Of a stretch of 43,762 bases of DNA, positions 27,484-38,261 are shown one piece after another. The position numbers and the translations under genes are program-made. Under the pieces are notes generated by a model. That model was not told the origin of the DNA and did not search any database. It saw only the letters and a list, made by a program, of their open reading frames with translations. The DNA is taken from the sequence record SRR22947727_1330; one strand, 5' to 3'. Each line of letters begins with the position of its first letter. Within the stretch, counting starts at the first letter, position 1.

Positions 27484-30219
27484 TTGTTCTTAAAAAAGTC
27501 TTTTTTTTTGTTGTTCTTTGGACTCTTATTAGCAGTCTCGACAACCTATGCCCAAGAGGGAAGCTCGCTGTCTGTGATGATGCAGAGCAAACAAGACAGC
27601 CTCAAGATTTTAGAAGAAAGGATGGCAGAGCGAAGAAATGGGAGAAAACCAAAGAGCGCCCTTTCAGACAGTATTCCTAAAGACTCTGTCATTGAGAAGC
27701 CTGGTATTTTAGTAGATAAAATACGTTATAAAGCAAAGGCTTATGCCAAAATGAGCACTTCTAGTCATGCCATTTACTTGTATGATGAAGCAGAATTATA
27801 CTACCAAGACACTGAACTTACTTCGGGTAAAATAGACATGGATTACCTTAAAAATGAGGTTTATGCTGGAAGACTCAAAGACAAAGAAGGTAAGTTTTCG
27901 CAATTGCCAAATTTTATTCAAGCCAATAGCACTGTAAATCCAGACTCCATTCGCTTTAATTTTGACACCCAAAAAGCACTGATATGGAATTCAAGATCCG
28001 AACAACAAGCTGGCCTGGGTTCCTTTGGAGGAGAGAGCATGAATGTCTTGGCCAATCTGACCAAAAAAGAGAATGATTCGGTGTACTTTTTAAAAGACAT
28101 TCGAATGACTTCCTCACAAACCCCAGAAGATCCCGATTTTTATATTCGAATTAGAAAGGCAAAATTTGTCCCTAAAAAGAAAATAATTTCAGGCCTTGCC
28201 AACTTATATATTTCTGACGTTCCAACCCCTATAGCACTGCCCTTTGGTTATTTCCCAATGACCTCAGGAAGGTCAAAGGGACTGATTATGCCCACTTTTG
28301 GAAATGATCCAGATAGGGGGTATTTTCTCCAAAACGGTGGCTATTACCTACCCATCTCTGATTATTTAGATTTAAACCTCACAGGAGATGTGTATTCCAA
28401 CGGAAGTTGGGGTTTTAGAACACAGTCTGTTTATACCAAAAAATACCGCTACAGGGGTAATATTAATTTCAGGTATGAAAATTTAGTCACCTCTCAAAAA
28501 GGGTTTAGTGACTATGGTAAAAACACCATATACAACATCCAAATATCTCATTCTCAAGATGCTAAAGCCAACCCCACATCTAGACTTTCTGCCTCAGTAA
28601 ACTTAGGGAGTAGTCAGTATTTTAGAAGCTCATTAAACCAGATGAACCTTCCTAATACACAAAACAATAACATGTCTTCTTCAATATCATACTCGAAGAA
28701 TTTTCCAGATTATCCGGCAGTAAACATGTCTGTAACGGCCTCTCACAATCAGAACAACAATACGCAAGCTATAAACCTTACGCTCCCAACTTTTCAAGCA
28801 AGCATGGAACGTATTTACCCCTTTGCCAAGAGAGATGGTATAAAAAAAGGGATCTTACAAAATATAAACTTCACTTATTCCACTAGGGGGGAAAACAGGT
28901 TCCAAACCACGGACTCGCTTTTCTTTAAAAAAGAGATGTTTAAAGGAGCTAAGCTTGGTATGACCCATAGCATCCCATTTAACACCAACTTTAAGGTAGC
29001 CAAATACTTTAGTGTTTCTGTGGGGGGTAGCTACGAAGATTCATGGGTGTTTGAAACTTTTAATAAAAGGGTGGAAAATGGTATGTTGATTAAAGACACT
29101 ATTAAGGGCTTTGATCGTTTTAACAAATACAACTTAAGCGCTAGTATAGGAACCACTGTTTATGGGACGTTTGCTTTTAAAGAGGGATCTAAAATTCAGG
29201 CATTAAGACATGTGATAAGACCCTCTATTAGCATTGGATACCTTCCCTCTTTTGATCAATTCTACGACAGCTACTTGGACGCCAACGGAAAAATGGTTCA
29301 GTACACTAGATTTGAGGGATCTATGTTTGGCGCCCCTGGATTACAATCATCAAGGTCAGTAGGTTTTTCACTTCAAAATACCCTTGAAGCTAAAATGGCT
29401 CCAAAAGACTCTACCCAAACAGAACCTAGAAAAGTGAGTCTTTTAAACAACTTGAACTTCTCTTCTAGCTACAATTTTGAAGCAGACTCACTGCGTTTAG
29501 CTCCTGTAAACTTCTCAGGAGGAACCAGCTTATTTAATTCTAAATTATCTGTGAACTTTTCAGGGAATTTAGATCCCTACGCCATAGACAACAACGGCAG
29601 AAGGATAAACACCTTAAATGTCCAAAATGGGGGTGGTTTATTTAGACTTACTAGGGGGAGCGCCAACCTGAGTTACTCCTTAAATAATGATAGTTTTAAA
29701 AAGAATAAGGGTTCCGAAAAAGAGGCCTCTGAAGAAGACAAAAGAAAGATAGAGAACCAGCAAGATTTTTATATGGCTGCTTCAGGAGGGCGTTCAGATG
29801 GGCTTTTTGGTAGGGCTGGTGAGTTTAGTGACAATAGAAGTTTTGGCAATGACTCAGGGGGTGACGCAGTAGAAAACCCAATTTACGGCACAAAGATTCC
29901 ATGGAGTTTAAATTTGGCTTATGCCATTACTTATAACAATTCTAATAGACAACAAGATTTCACCAACAACTCGCTTATGTTCTCTGGAAATGTAGACCTT
30001 ACCCCTATGTGGAAAGTAGGCGTTTCTTCAGGTTATGATTTTAAAAACAAGGGATTTACGCTTACCCAATTTAGAGTAGAGAGAGATTTAAATGACTTTA
30101 GACTTAATTTTGACTGGACCCCCTTTGGTGATTACGAAAGATGGTATTTCTTTATTGGAATAAAGAGTTCCCTATTGAGTGACTTGAAATGGGAGAAAAG
30201 AAACCAACCAGTCCGCTAA
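27484..30219 (+). CDS. lptD: Putative LPS assembly outer-membrane protein LptD (Bacteroidota type)
   Basis: Signal peptide; 911 aa; PTPIALPFGYFP, GYFLQNGGYY; aromatic-rich beta-strand pattern; divergent from the amidase. Confidence 0.82.
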   Translation: MFLKKSFFLLFFGLLLAVSTTYAQEGSSLSVMMQSKQDSLKILEERMAERRNGRKPKSALSDSIPKDSVIEKPGILVDKIRYKAKAYAKMSTSSHAIYLYDEAELYYQDTELTSGKIDMDYLKNEVYAGRLKDKEGKFSQLPNFIQANSTVNPDSIRFNFDTQKALIWNSRSEQQAGLGSFGGESMNVLANLTKKENDSVYFLKDIRMTSSQTPEDPDFYIRIRKAKFVPKKKIISGLANLYISDVPTPIALPFGYFPMTSGRSKGLIMPTFGNDPDRGYFLQNGGYYLPISDYLDLNLTGDVYSNGSWGFRTQSVYTKKYRYRGNINFRYENLVTSQKGFSDYGKNTIYNIQISHSQDAKANPTSRLSASVNLGSSQYFRSSLNQMNLPNTQNNNMSSSISYSKNFPDYPAVNMSVTASHNQNNNTQAINLTLPTFQASMERIYPFAKRDGIKKGILQNINFTYSTRGENRFQTTDSLFFKKEMFKGAKLGMTHSIPFNTNFKVAKYFSVSVGGSYEDSWVFETFNKRVENGMLIKDTIKGFDRFNKYNLSASIGTTVYGTFAFKEGSKIQALRHVIRPSISIGYLPSFDQFYDSYLDANGKMVQYTRFEGSMFGAPGLQSSRSVGFSLQNTLEAKMAPKDSTQTEPRKVSLLNNLNFSSSYNFEADSLRLAPVNFSGGTSLFNSKLSVNFSGNLDPYAIDNNGRRINTLNVQNGGGLFRLTRGSANLSYSLNNDSFKKNKGSEKEASEEDKRKIENQQDFYMAASGGRSDGLFGRAGEFSDNRSFGNDSGGDAVENPIYGTKIPWSLNLAYAITYNNSNRQQDFTNNSLMFSGNVDLTPMWKVGVSSGYDFKNKGFTLTQFRVERDLNDFRLNFDWTPFGDYERWYFFIGIKSSLLSDLKWEKRNQPVR

Positions 30220-30332
30220 TCATTTATAGGGTTGGTATTGCTATAAAGATCTCACTCAAAACAACCCAAGCTTTGGCTTATTTTTAGTTGACTAGATCTA
30301 AGAAGAATTTAATAACTTCATAAAAAAATACC

Positions 30333-30716
30333 ATGAAAAAAATAATTACAACACCCAATGCACCCGCACCTATAGGTCCATATAACCAAGCAGTTTTGAG
30401 CGGAAACACCCTATATATCTCTGGCCAAACCCCTATTGACCCTAGCACAGGTAATTTAGTAAGTGGTAGCATAGAGGAAGAGACCCTTCAAGTCATGAAA
30501 AATATTGAAGCCATTCTAACAGCTGCTGGTGCTACTTTTGAATCTGTCGTAAAGGCAAGTATATTTGTAAAAGACATGCACCAATTTAAAGCAATCAATG
30601 GCGTATACGGAAGCTTTTTCAATGCTGCAACAGCCCCAGCGAGAGAAACGATAGAAGTTGCTAACTTACCCATGTTTGTCAATGTGGAAATTTCTATGAT
30701 TGCTGTCATTGAATAA
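30333..30716 (+). CDS. ridA: RidA/YjgF/UK114 family enamine/imine deaminase
   Basis: APAPIGPYNQA, LYISGQ, PARE, VEI. Confidence 0.9.
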   Translation: MKKIITTPNAPAPIGPYNQAVLSGNTLYISGQTPIDPSTGNLVSGSIEEETLQVMKNIEAILTAAGATFESVVKASIFVKDMHQFKAINGVYGSFFNAATAPARETIEVANLPMFVNVEISMIAVIE

Positions 30717-30732
30717 ACAACACTTTACCTAT

Positions 30733-30765
30733 AAAAAAAGGCCTGAAAATTCAGGCCTTTTTTTT
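30733..30765. terminator. Bidirectional intrinsic terminator
   Basis: A7-GGCCTGA-AAAT-TCAGGCC-T run between convergent ridA and kinase genes. Confidence 0.92.
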
Positions 30766-30783
30766 ATATAAAACGGTACTTAT

Positions 30784-31635
30784 TTAGATATTCTCTTTGT
30801 GAAAATCAACCAAACCATCGATAGGTCTTTGTTTAATTTGTCCCACTATTAAATCATTACGATCCATCACCTCTTTGAGCTCTTCTTGAAGATAGAATGC
30901 GATACTTCCTACAAAATGAACAGGTACTTTAGTAGCCAATTCAAACTGCATAATATAATTGTTCACAAACTGCTGTAGTCCTTTTTTAATAACTCCATTG
31001 CAGTAAGGATGCTTTTTGTGTTCCACTATGAACTTAGCAAACTTGGCCAAATAAGTATTTGGATTGGGCTGTTTGTATAAATTTTCTTTAATCACATCTG
31101 CCTCTAGATTAAATTCTTTGGCAAATTGAATGCCTAAATCCTGTGGCATTTTATGGAAGTAATAATCCCTAATAAGCTTTCTGCCAAAGAAGTTACCACT
31201 ACCATCGTCCATTAGGATATAACCCAATGATTGCACTTTTTGAAAAAGCTGGTGGCCGTCATAATAACTACAATTAGACCCAGTTCCTAGAATACATACA
31301 ATTCCAGGATCCCCTAGTTTGGTGGTCGCATAAACGGCGGCATAGGTGTCTTCGCGAACATCTGTTTGTGCGTTTGGAAAAAAGGTGCTGAAAATTTCTG
31401 CTAAGAAATTTTTCATCCTATCCGTGCCACATCCAGCACCGTAAAAGTATACATGGGTAACGACTTCTGAATTCTTGGAAAGTTCAAAATTATTGGCCAA
31501 TCTATCTTCAATCACGTCTCTGGTGAGTACTTCAGGAGATAAACCTAATGTTTGGGTAAAAAATAATTGATTCCCCTTTTCATCCAAGGCAATCCAATCA
31601 GATTTTGTAGCCCCACTGTCTGCTATTAAAATCAT
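30784..31635 (-). CDS. BadF/BadG-type sugar kinase (N-acetylglucosamine kinase-like)
   Basis: ILIADSGATKSDW, YFYGAGC, CILGTGSN, LGYILMDDGSG. Confidence 0.85.
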   Translation of the reverse strand: MILIADSGATKSDWIALDEKGNQLFFTQTLGLSPEVLTRDVIEDRLANNFELSKNSEVVTHVYFYGAGCGTDRMKNFLAEIFSTFFPNAQTDVREDTYAAVYATTKLGDPGIVCILGTGSNCSYYDGHQLFQKVQSLGYILMDDGSGNFFGRKLIRDYYFHKMPQDLGIQFAKEFNLEADVIKENLYKQPNPNTYLAKFAKFIVEHKKHPYCNGVIKKGLQQFVNNYIMQFELATKVPVHFVGSIAFYLQEELKEVMDRNDLIVGQIKQRPIDGLVDFHKENI

Positions 31636-31648
31636 AGTTATAATATAT

Positions 31649-31676
31649 AAAAAGCCCCGAGTTATACCCAGGGCTT
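31649..31676 (-). terminator. Intrinsic terminator/attenuating hairpin after gap
   Basis: Minus strand AAGCCCTGGG-TATAA-CTCGGGGCTT (two G-U pairs) followed by Ts. Confidence 0.7.
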
Positions 31677-31690
31677 ATAAAAAGTAATTA

Positions 31691-32713
<1,023 letters not shown>

Positions 32714-33700
32714 TTATGTTGACATGATATCGGACACTCTAATGAGTTCCTTATCTATTTTTGTGTGTCCTTTAATCGCTTTAATTAAAGGAGTTAATGT
32801 TAAATTATTGTCTTGGATTCCCACCATTAGACTGCTCTTGCCTTCTAGTAGGGCTTCCACAGCTTTAACGCCCATTCTACTGGCAAGTACACGATCAAAG
32901 CAAGAAGGCGAACCACCACGCTGCATGTGGCCCAATACTGAAACACGTACGTCGTAAATAGGAATGTGCTCCTCTACGTATTCTTTGAGTTCAAAAACAT
33001 TTTTACCGGTTTTATCACCTTCAGCAACTACAACAATACTGGATGATTTTCCAGACTGTTTGGATCTTTTTAAAGACTCTAACAAACGATCTAATCCAAG
33101 GTTCTCTTCAGGGATTAAGATTTCTTCTGCTCCTGCACCTACGCCTGCGTTTAAGGCTATATGTCCCACATCTCTTCCCATAACTTCTACAAAGAAAAGT
33201 CTGTTATGAGAACTGGCGGTGTCCCTTATCTTATCTATGACCTCTACAACTGTATTTAAAGCAGTGTCAAAACCTACCGTATAAGTTGTGCCGTAAATAT
33301 CATTGTCTATAGTCCCAGGAATCCCAATGACTGGAAAATTGTATTCTTGGTTAAAGATCATGGCTCCGGTAAAACTTCCGTCTCCTCCAATAACCACAAA
33401 AGCATCTATACCTTCTTTTTTAAGATTTGCATAGGCTTTAGCCCTTCCCTCAGGGGTTCTAAACTCCAAAGACCTCGCAGACTTTAAAATAGTACCTCCT
33501 TTATTGATTATATTATTGACACTTCTAGCGTCCATGGGTTTAAAATCACCCTCTATCATCCCTTCGTAACCCCTGTAAATCCCTATACATTCAATCTTCA
33601 TGTAGGCGCAAGTTCTCACTACAGAACGAATAGCAGCATTCATTCCTGGTGAATCTCCACCGGATGTAAATACCCCAATTTTTTTAATTTCTGTACTCAT
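32714..33700 (-). CDS. pfkA: ATP-dependent 6-phosphofructokinase
   Basis: TSGGDSPGMNA, GGDGS, PGTIDND, EVMGR, LGHMQRGG. Confidence 0.97.
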   Translation of the reverse strand: MSTEIKKIGVFTSGGDSPGMNAAIRSVVRTCAYMKIECIGIYRGYEGMIEGDFKPMDARSVNNIINKGGTILKSARSLEFRTPEGRAKAYANLKKEGIDAFVVIGGDGSFTGAMIFNQEYNFPVIGIPGTIDNDIYGTTYTVGFDTALNTVVEVIDKIRDTASSHNRLFFVEVMGRDVGHIALNAGVGAGAEEILIPEENLGLDRLLESLKRSKQSGKSSSIVVVAEGDKTGKNVFELKEYVEEHIPIYDVRVSVLGHMQRGGSPSCFDRVLASRMGVKAVEALLEGKSSLMVGIQDNNLTLTPLIKAIKGHTKIDKELIRVSDIMST

Positions 33701-33724
33701 AATCTCTTAAAAGCGTAAAACTAA

Positions 33725-33732
33725 CAAACTTA
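33725..33732 (-). promoter_or_regulatory. -7 promoter element for pfkA-gap
   Basis: Minus strand TAAGTTTG ending 24 nt before the pfkA start. Confidence 0.65.
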
Positions 33733-33781
33733 AACGGATGTAAACGGCTATTTTAGAGAATATTTAATTTGAACTGAAAAT

Positions 33782-33794
33782 TCAAACGTTTTCG
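33782..33794. promoter_or_regulatory. Candidate LacI-family operator upstream of pfkA
   Basis: TCAAACGTTTTCG with a palindromic AAACGTTT core and central CG. Confidence 0.45.
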
Positions 33795-33830
33795 TTAATA
33801 AAAAGCTTAGAATATTGTGATATACCTACT

Positions 33831-36800
33831 TTATTCCCCTTCTTTTTTATTCAAAATCTTTCTCAACAACTCTTGAAAAGAATTAAAATCTACCTGATAA
33901 GAGAGTCCTACGCCCTGGGTATACCCCTGCCTGTCAGCTAAAAATTGCTGAATTTCATTCTCTCTATTGAAAATTTTAGCAGATAAGCTCCCTTGATCGT
34001 TTAGGATGATTTGTATTTCTGCGTCTCCAGCCACTACATTTTCTGTAACACCACCCACAGGCACGCCCAATCTTCCATTAAATAATACCCGATCACTAAT
34101 CTGGGTACTCACACTCACCCCTATTCTTGAATCCGTCTGCAAATTTGAGACCCTGTCCAGCATTCCTTGCTCATAAGACAATCCAAAGTTGAGTTTGTCA
34201 TTGCTTCCTTCTAATATACTACTCAACAATCCTGAGGCAGACTGCAGCAGGTTGCCAGTAACTGCCTGTTGGTTAATTCCTGTGGCGTCGTTGACAAAAG
34301 TTCCTTGAGCGAGAAGGAAAAAAGCGTTTCTATCCTGAACGGTGGGATCTTGCAGGGCGTATTGTAATTCTGATTTTACTACTGAATTGGTTCCTGGGAA
34401 AGCAATGTCAAAATCTATATTAGGGTTTTCTAAGGCACCATTTAAACGGACCAATACCTCTGTTGGAATTCTATTGGTATAGCCACTACTCTCTAAAAGT
34501 GGTGCTGGATTGGCAAACAAACCATAAGAAGCTTCCATATTGAGCTGGGCCCCCATTGGGTCTCCGTCCCAAATAATACTCCCTCCCGGATTTACTTTAA
34601 ATGTTTTGTCTATAAAACCCCCAAATTTATAATTATAAGACCCTGTAGCTACTACAAAATCTCCAAACATTTTAAACTTTCCATTGGTGTTAATTTCCAT
34701 GAGTAGGATACCTCCACCGGTCCCTTTTAAGGAAGATCCAGATTTTTGATCCACCACTATCTCTACCTCTGCTTCTGGGGTTACTGCCAAATCAAAATTA
34801 AGCTCTAAACCCCTGTAGTCTGTTAGTTCTTTTACAGTAACTTCAGTATCTAATGTCCTCTTTTCTACAAAATCTATAAAAGTATAGTCCCCAACATTCA
34901 CAATATCTTGTAAGGGTATCTTAAGTGATGTTCCTAGTGCTGTAGCGCCAGAAACATCAATATTCAATGCTTTCGTGGGGCCATAAATGCGTCCATTGCC
35001 ATTTAGAAACCCACTGCCATAATACAGGGCTTCTGGGTCGTAAGGTGTATTCAAAATTAAGAAGCGTTCAGAAGAGGCGTCTATAGTGAGGTCTAATTTC
35101 CAATCGTCAAAAGATCGGTGGTCTATGGTGCCTGATAATTTAGCCTGGGTGTTATGCGTATCATCAATTAGCGTAATATCTTTAAAATCAAATACTTGAT
35201 TATAGAGACCTATTTTAGCATTGGGAGAAAAATTATAATTAACACCAAGATAAGGAACGCTTATTCCGGCTTGGTTCAAGGTGAGTGTTCCTGTAAAATC
35301 AGGATTAACTATAGGTCCTGTAATTTCTGCATTTCCCCAGAGCCCTCCCCTTATATTACCTATAACACCTTTCCCCAAGGGACTAAAAGGCTCTAAAGGA
35401 AAAGCGTTAAAACTGGCTAATAATTTAATTTGATAATCACTGCTATCTGATTTGAAAATATTCCCCAACAGGCGTAATTTTTCTTCTTTATCCCTTAATA
35501 ATTTAGCATTGATAATAAAATCTGAAAGATCCCCATTGCCCAATAAGTCAAGATCTAAATTACCTAGGACCGTTTTATTAATTTCAAAGTCTGCTATATC
35601 TAAATTAGAATTAGGAAAATATACATTGTCTTTTTGGAGTATGTTGAGTTCTCCATTTACCTTTCCATCCAAATCAAGGCTGTCTACCCTTGGAAAAATT
35701 TTTCTAAGGGCTACTTTAGAGAAAGACAACCTTATGTCCTTATAGGTGCTGTCTGCCAATTGACCATTTAAAACAACATTTTCACGCTCAGGAGAACTCA
35801 TGACCAAGGAAGAGACAAAAACACTATCTAAATTTTTATTAAAGATTACTTTATTGTCCTTGTTGCCTGCCTCATTAATAAACCAATCAGCGCCTTTGAA
35901 GACCAAGGTAGACTTTTTCACTCCTATTACAGATTGCTTACCGTCGTTAAAGGTGTGGTAAAAGTTTAACCCAAAAAGATCTGAACGGTCCTTCCCTCCC
36001 TTGAATTCTGCTCTGAAAAACAGGGTGTCTTGTAGGGTGTTGTTAATGAGTCTAAGGTCTTCAATGTCGTAATAGGGGGTCTTGGCACTTTTAAGGGCCA
36101 AAAAGGTATTAAATAAAGGGTTCTTAGTGTCTACTTTTAAAACTACACTATCCAAAAGGTTGTTGTACAAAGAGAATTGAGGGGATTTAAAATCAAGTTT
36201 AAAAACACCGACATCGGCCTGAAGGGCCCCACGAATAAAAGTATTGGGTCCAAACTGCACCTCGGGTAGGAAAATCTCCACTAGTGTATTATAAATATCA
36301 AATTCAAAGGTCATTTCTTGGCCCTTGGTTACCTCAAATGGTTTGTAATTGGTGTAAATACTTCCCATGGCATTTTGGAGGAGCTTTCCAAATTCCAGCA
36401 ACTTATAACGCCCACGAATAGCTCCAGATATAATGTCTTTTGAATTGATAGAAATGGTCCTGAATCCGTCTACTAGGCTGTCTGCAGCAACATTAAAATC
36501 TTCAAAAAAATAAGTGTTTTTAGCATTTTTGTATTGGGTATTTTTAAAGGCCAATACACCCAATACATTGTCTATATCCGTCCCTTTCAAGTCAATGTCC
36601 AGATCCCCTTTAAAAAGAGATATAGAATCCTTGACCAAATTCATCTGATGCAAATTTGCATAATCCACAGAGGCGTTAAAATTAAAAGCCCTGTTGGCCT
36701 TTGAAAAATCTGCCAATCCACTGAAGGAAAACTTACAATTAGGATCTTCTACCGAAAGGGACCCTTCAAAGCGTTCATTTTTAAATAATCCAGATACACT

Positions 36801-38243
36801 AGCGTCTATATAATTATATCCTTTAAGGGTCATATTATACACCAAACCTTCTAAGTTGGTATTGAGATTGTTTAGTAAAAAACCGGTCCCTTTAATATTG
36901 GCGTCCATGCTCACTGCCCCAAGTGCATTTATTTGTGTATAGGCGCCTAAATCAAAATCTATCAGAGACAAGAAACCTTCATAAACACCTCGGTTTATGT
37001 CTGTGATATTAGAGAGGTCTACAGCGGCATAAAAATTACCCAAGCGTGTGCTTGCGTTAATTTGAGTGGTGATCTGATCTGCACCAATCGCTGCATTCCC
37101 CCTAAGGGTAAATGTGCCTAGACGGCTCATAGACAATGGAAGGTTATTGCCCAACACCCTTGGCATTAATCGCTTTAAGGATCCGTATTGGCTCTCAAAA
37201 CCTTTGATGTTGGCGTCCAAATAGAAGGGAGTCAAAGTGTCAAAAAAGGCATTAAAACCAAAATCACCCCTTAAAGCTGTATTGTCACTGGTTAAAAATA
37301 AGTTTGAGGCATTGAGCTTATTTAAAGTACCATCTAGGTTGGCGGAGAAATTAAAAACGGAAGTTTGGTCGAACTCAGGATAAAGTAAATTAATGTCCGC
37401 GGTTCCTATCTGGCTGTCTTTAAATTGTGCATGAAACAAAACTTTATTGTAAAAATCACCAAAATCTTCCCTGTCATAATCTAAGGTCACTTGTCCTAAA
37501 ATAGTGGAGTGTGGTGTTTTTAATATGAGTGATTCAAAACGCATTTGATTCAGTCCATAACTAAATTGGGTGCTTAGATCTGAAACAGCTATTCCGTTGG
37601 GGGTATCAAAGGTCAACTGCTTTATGGCTGCATTTACCTGAGGTCCTTTTATCTTAAAATCAGTTGCTTTAATCAGGAGGTTGTTGGCTGAAAAAAGGGC
37701 TGGTTGTGTTTTATTAAAATCTGTAATTACAAAACGAGCATTAGAAATTTGGACTTGTTTGGCGAATAATTCAAAAGGATTAGCTCCACTACTTTCTGTG
37801 TTTTCTAGGGTTACTTTTTCTAAAAAAACACCCCAATTGCTTTGTTCACTGTTTGGGTAGGTGGTTATTTTATAGGTCAGTTGGTCTATTAAAACTTTCC
37901 CTAAACTAAAGCGGCCTTTTACAAGCGCATTAAAATCTAAAATAGGGGCTTTTATTTGTTTTGCGTAAAACAAGGTGTCCTGTTTGTAATCCTCAGCAAA
38001 CACATCATTAAGTCCAAATTGAAAGGTAAAAAGGGAACCCTCTACCCCATTTACGGAAAGATTGATTCCGTATTTGTCTGCAAGAGAATCGGTCAGCTTA
38101 CGGGCCAAATAGGTTTGAAAAGTAGCACTGGAAAGCAACAAGGTTCCCAAGCTTAAAAACAAGAGTACCCCCAAAGCTATTTGAATGACTATTTTTCTGT
38201 ATTTTTTGATAGCGCTATATGTTTTACCTTTGTGAGATATCAA
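33831..38243 (-). CDS. tamB: Translocation/assembly module TamB (AsmA-like) protein; start codon uncertain
   Basis: N-terminal TM anchor, long beta-rich body, DUF490-like C-terminus (GGSIIWDGDP, YTQGVGLSYQVDF). Confidence 0.85.
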   Translation of the reverse strand: MISHKGKTYSAIKKYRKIVIQIALGVLLFLSLGTLLLSSATFQTYLARKLTDSLADKYGINLSVNGVEGSLFTFQFGLNDVFAEDYKQDTLFYAKQIKAPILDFNALVKGRFSLGKVLIDQLTYKITTYPNSEQSNWGVFLEKVTLENTESSGANPFELFAKQVQISNARFVITDFNKTQPALFSANNLLIKATDFKIKGPQVNAAIKQLTFDTPNGIAVSDLSTQFSYGLNQMRFESLILKTPHSTILGQVTLDYDREDFGDFYNKVLFHAQFKDSQIGTADINLLYPEFDQTSVFNFSANLDGTLNKLNASNLFLTSDNTALRGDFGFNAFFDTLTPFYLDANIKGFESQYGSLKRLMPRVLGNNLPLSMSRLGTFTLRGNAAIGADQITTQINASTRLGNFYAAVDLSNITDINRGVYEGFLSLIDFDLGAYTQINALGAVSMDANIKGTGFLLNNLNTNLEGLVYNMTLKGYNYIDASVSGLFKNERFEGSLSVEDPNCKFSFSGLADFSKANRAFNFNASVDYANLHQMNLVKDSISLFKGDLDIDLKGTDIDNVLGVLAFKNTQYKNAKNTYFFEDFNVAADSLVDGFRTISINSKDIISGAIRGRYKLLEFGKLLQNAMGSIYTNYKPFEVTKGQEMTFEFDIYNTLVEIFLPEVQFGPNTFIRGALQADVGVFKLDFKSPQFSLYNNLLDSVVLKVDTKNPLFNTFLALKSAKTPYYDIEDLRLINNTLQDTLFFRAEFKGGKDRSDLFGLNFYHTFNDGKQSVIGVKKSTLVFKGADWFINEAGNKDNKVIFNKNLDSVFVSSLVMSSPERENVVLNGQLADSTYKDIRLSFSKVALRKIFPRVDSLDLDGKVNGELNILQKDNVYFPNSNLDIADFEINKTVLGNLDLDLLGNGDLSDFIINAKLLRDKEEKLRLLGNIFKSDSSDYQIKLLASFNAFPLEPFSPLGKGVIGNIRGGLWGNAEITGPIVNPDFTGTLTLNQAGISVPYLGVNYNFSPNAKIGLYNQVFDFKDITLIDDTHNTQAKLSGTIDHRSFDDWKLDLTIDASSERFLILNTPYDPEALYYGSGFLNGNGRIYGPTKALNIDVSGATALGTSLKIPLQDIVNVGDYTFIDFVEKRTLDTEVTVKELTDYRGLELNFDLAVTPEAEVEIVVDQKSGSSLKGTGGGILLMEINTNGKFKMFGDFVVATGSYNYKFGGFIDKTFKVNPGGSIIWDGDPMGAQLNMEASYGLFANPAPLLESSGYTNRIPTEVLVRLNGALENPNIDFDIAFPGTNSVVKSELQYALQDPTVQDRNAFFLLAQGTFVNDATGINQQAVTGNLLQSASGLLSSILEGSNDKLNFGLSYEQGMLDRVSNLQTDSRIGVSVSTQISDRVLFNGRLGVPVGGVTENVVAGDAEIQIILNDQGSLSAKIFNRENEIQQFLADRQGYTQGVGLSYQVDFNSFQELLRKILNKKEGE

Positions 38244-38260
38244 TTATGATTCCAAAGATA
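38225..38260. promoter_or_regulatory. Face-to-face -7 elements for tsaD (plus) and tamB (minus)
   Basis: Plus strand TACCTTTG 38225-38232; minus strand TATCTTTG 38260-38253. Confidence 0.65.
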
Positions 38261-38261
38261 A

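Noticed and set aside
30229-30267. GGGTTG...CAACCC inverted repeat after lptD
   Set aside because: Only 6 bp with a long loop and no adjacent U tract, so it cannot be supported as a terminator or RNA element.
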